From IMG/VR virus record IMGVR_UViG_3300008116_000004: a stretch of 64,000 nt of DNA; one strand, written 5' to 3'. Shown one piece after another: positions 63,978 through 64,000 of the stretch. Position 1 is the first letter of the stretch. Each line of letters starts with the position of its first letter. Position numbers and translations under genes: made by a program. A model generated the notes under the pieces. The model was not told the DNA's origin and searched no databases. It saw only the letters and a program-made list of their open reading frames with translations. This DNA comes from a virus.

Positions 63978-64000
63978 TTTTTCAAACTATTTTATTAGAA

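Overview
AT-rich, densely packed 64-kb segment of a large T4-like (Tevenvirinae-like/'exo-T-even') myovirus. It is most likely an alphaproteobacterial phage, judging from its circularly permuted two-piece tmRNA. Left to right: a collagen-like fibre gene (partial) divergent from a triple-domain glycosyltransferase; a tail fibre and baseplate block (VrlC/DUF4815-like pair, gp8, gp7-like, gp6, gp25, split gp5, hub, gp53, gp48); gp4, gp2, gp54, gp26/gp51 and a tape-measure-like gene; gp32, gp59, gp33; an inserted lipid cassette (ACP, ketosynthase, desaturase) directly downstream of tmRNA, with an AcpS about 5 kb away; exonuclease, FkbM methyltransferase, PhoH, RNase H; a divergent early-promoter hub with small ORFs; glutaredoxin, RuvC-like protein, class II RNR, primase; spanins with a lipase; Dps; a cluster of probable capsid-internal, His-rich proteins with T4 CTS-like N-termini; and pstS with Pho boxes. 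Best candidates for undescribed biology: (1) a self-contained phage acyl-chain pathway (ACP + KS + desaturase + own AcpS); (2) a predicted -1 frameshift fusing gp26 to the start-less gp51 just before the tape measure; (3) the permuted tmRNA with a long structured intervening segment; (4) a capsid-targeted nuclease / split ligase-like / nucleotidyltransferase-polyprotein set. All family calls are from motif recognition by eye; no searches were run.
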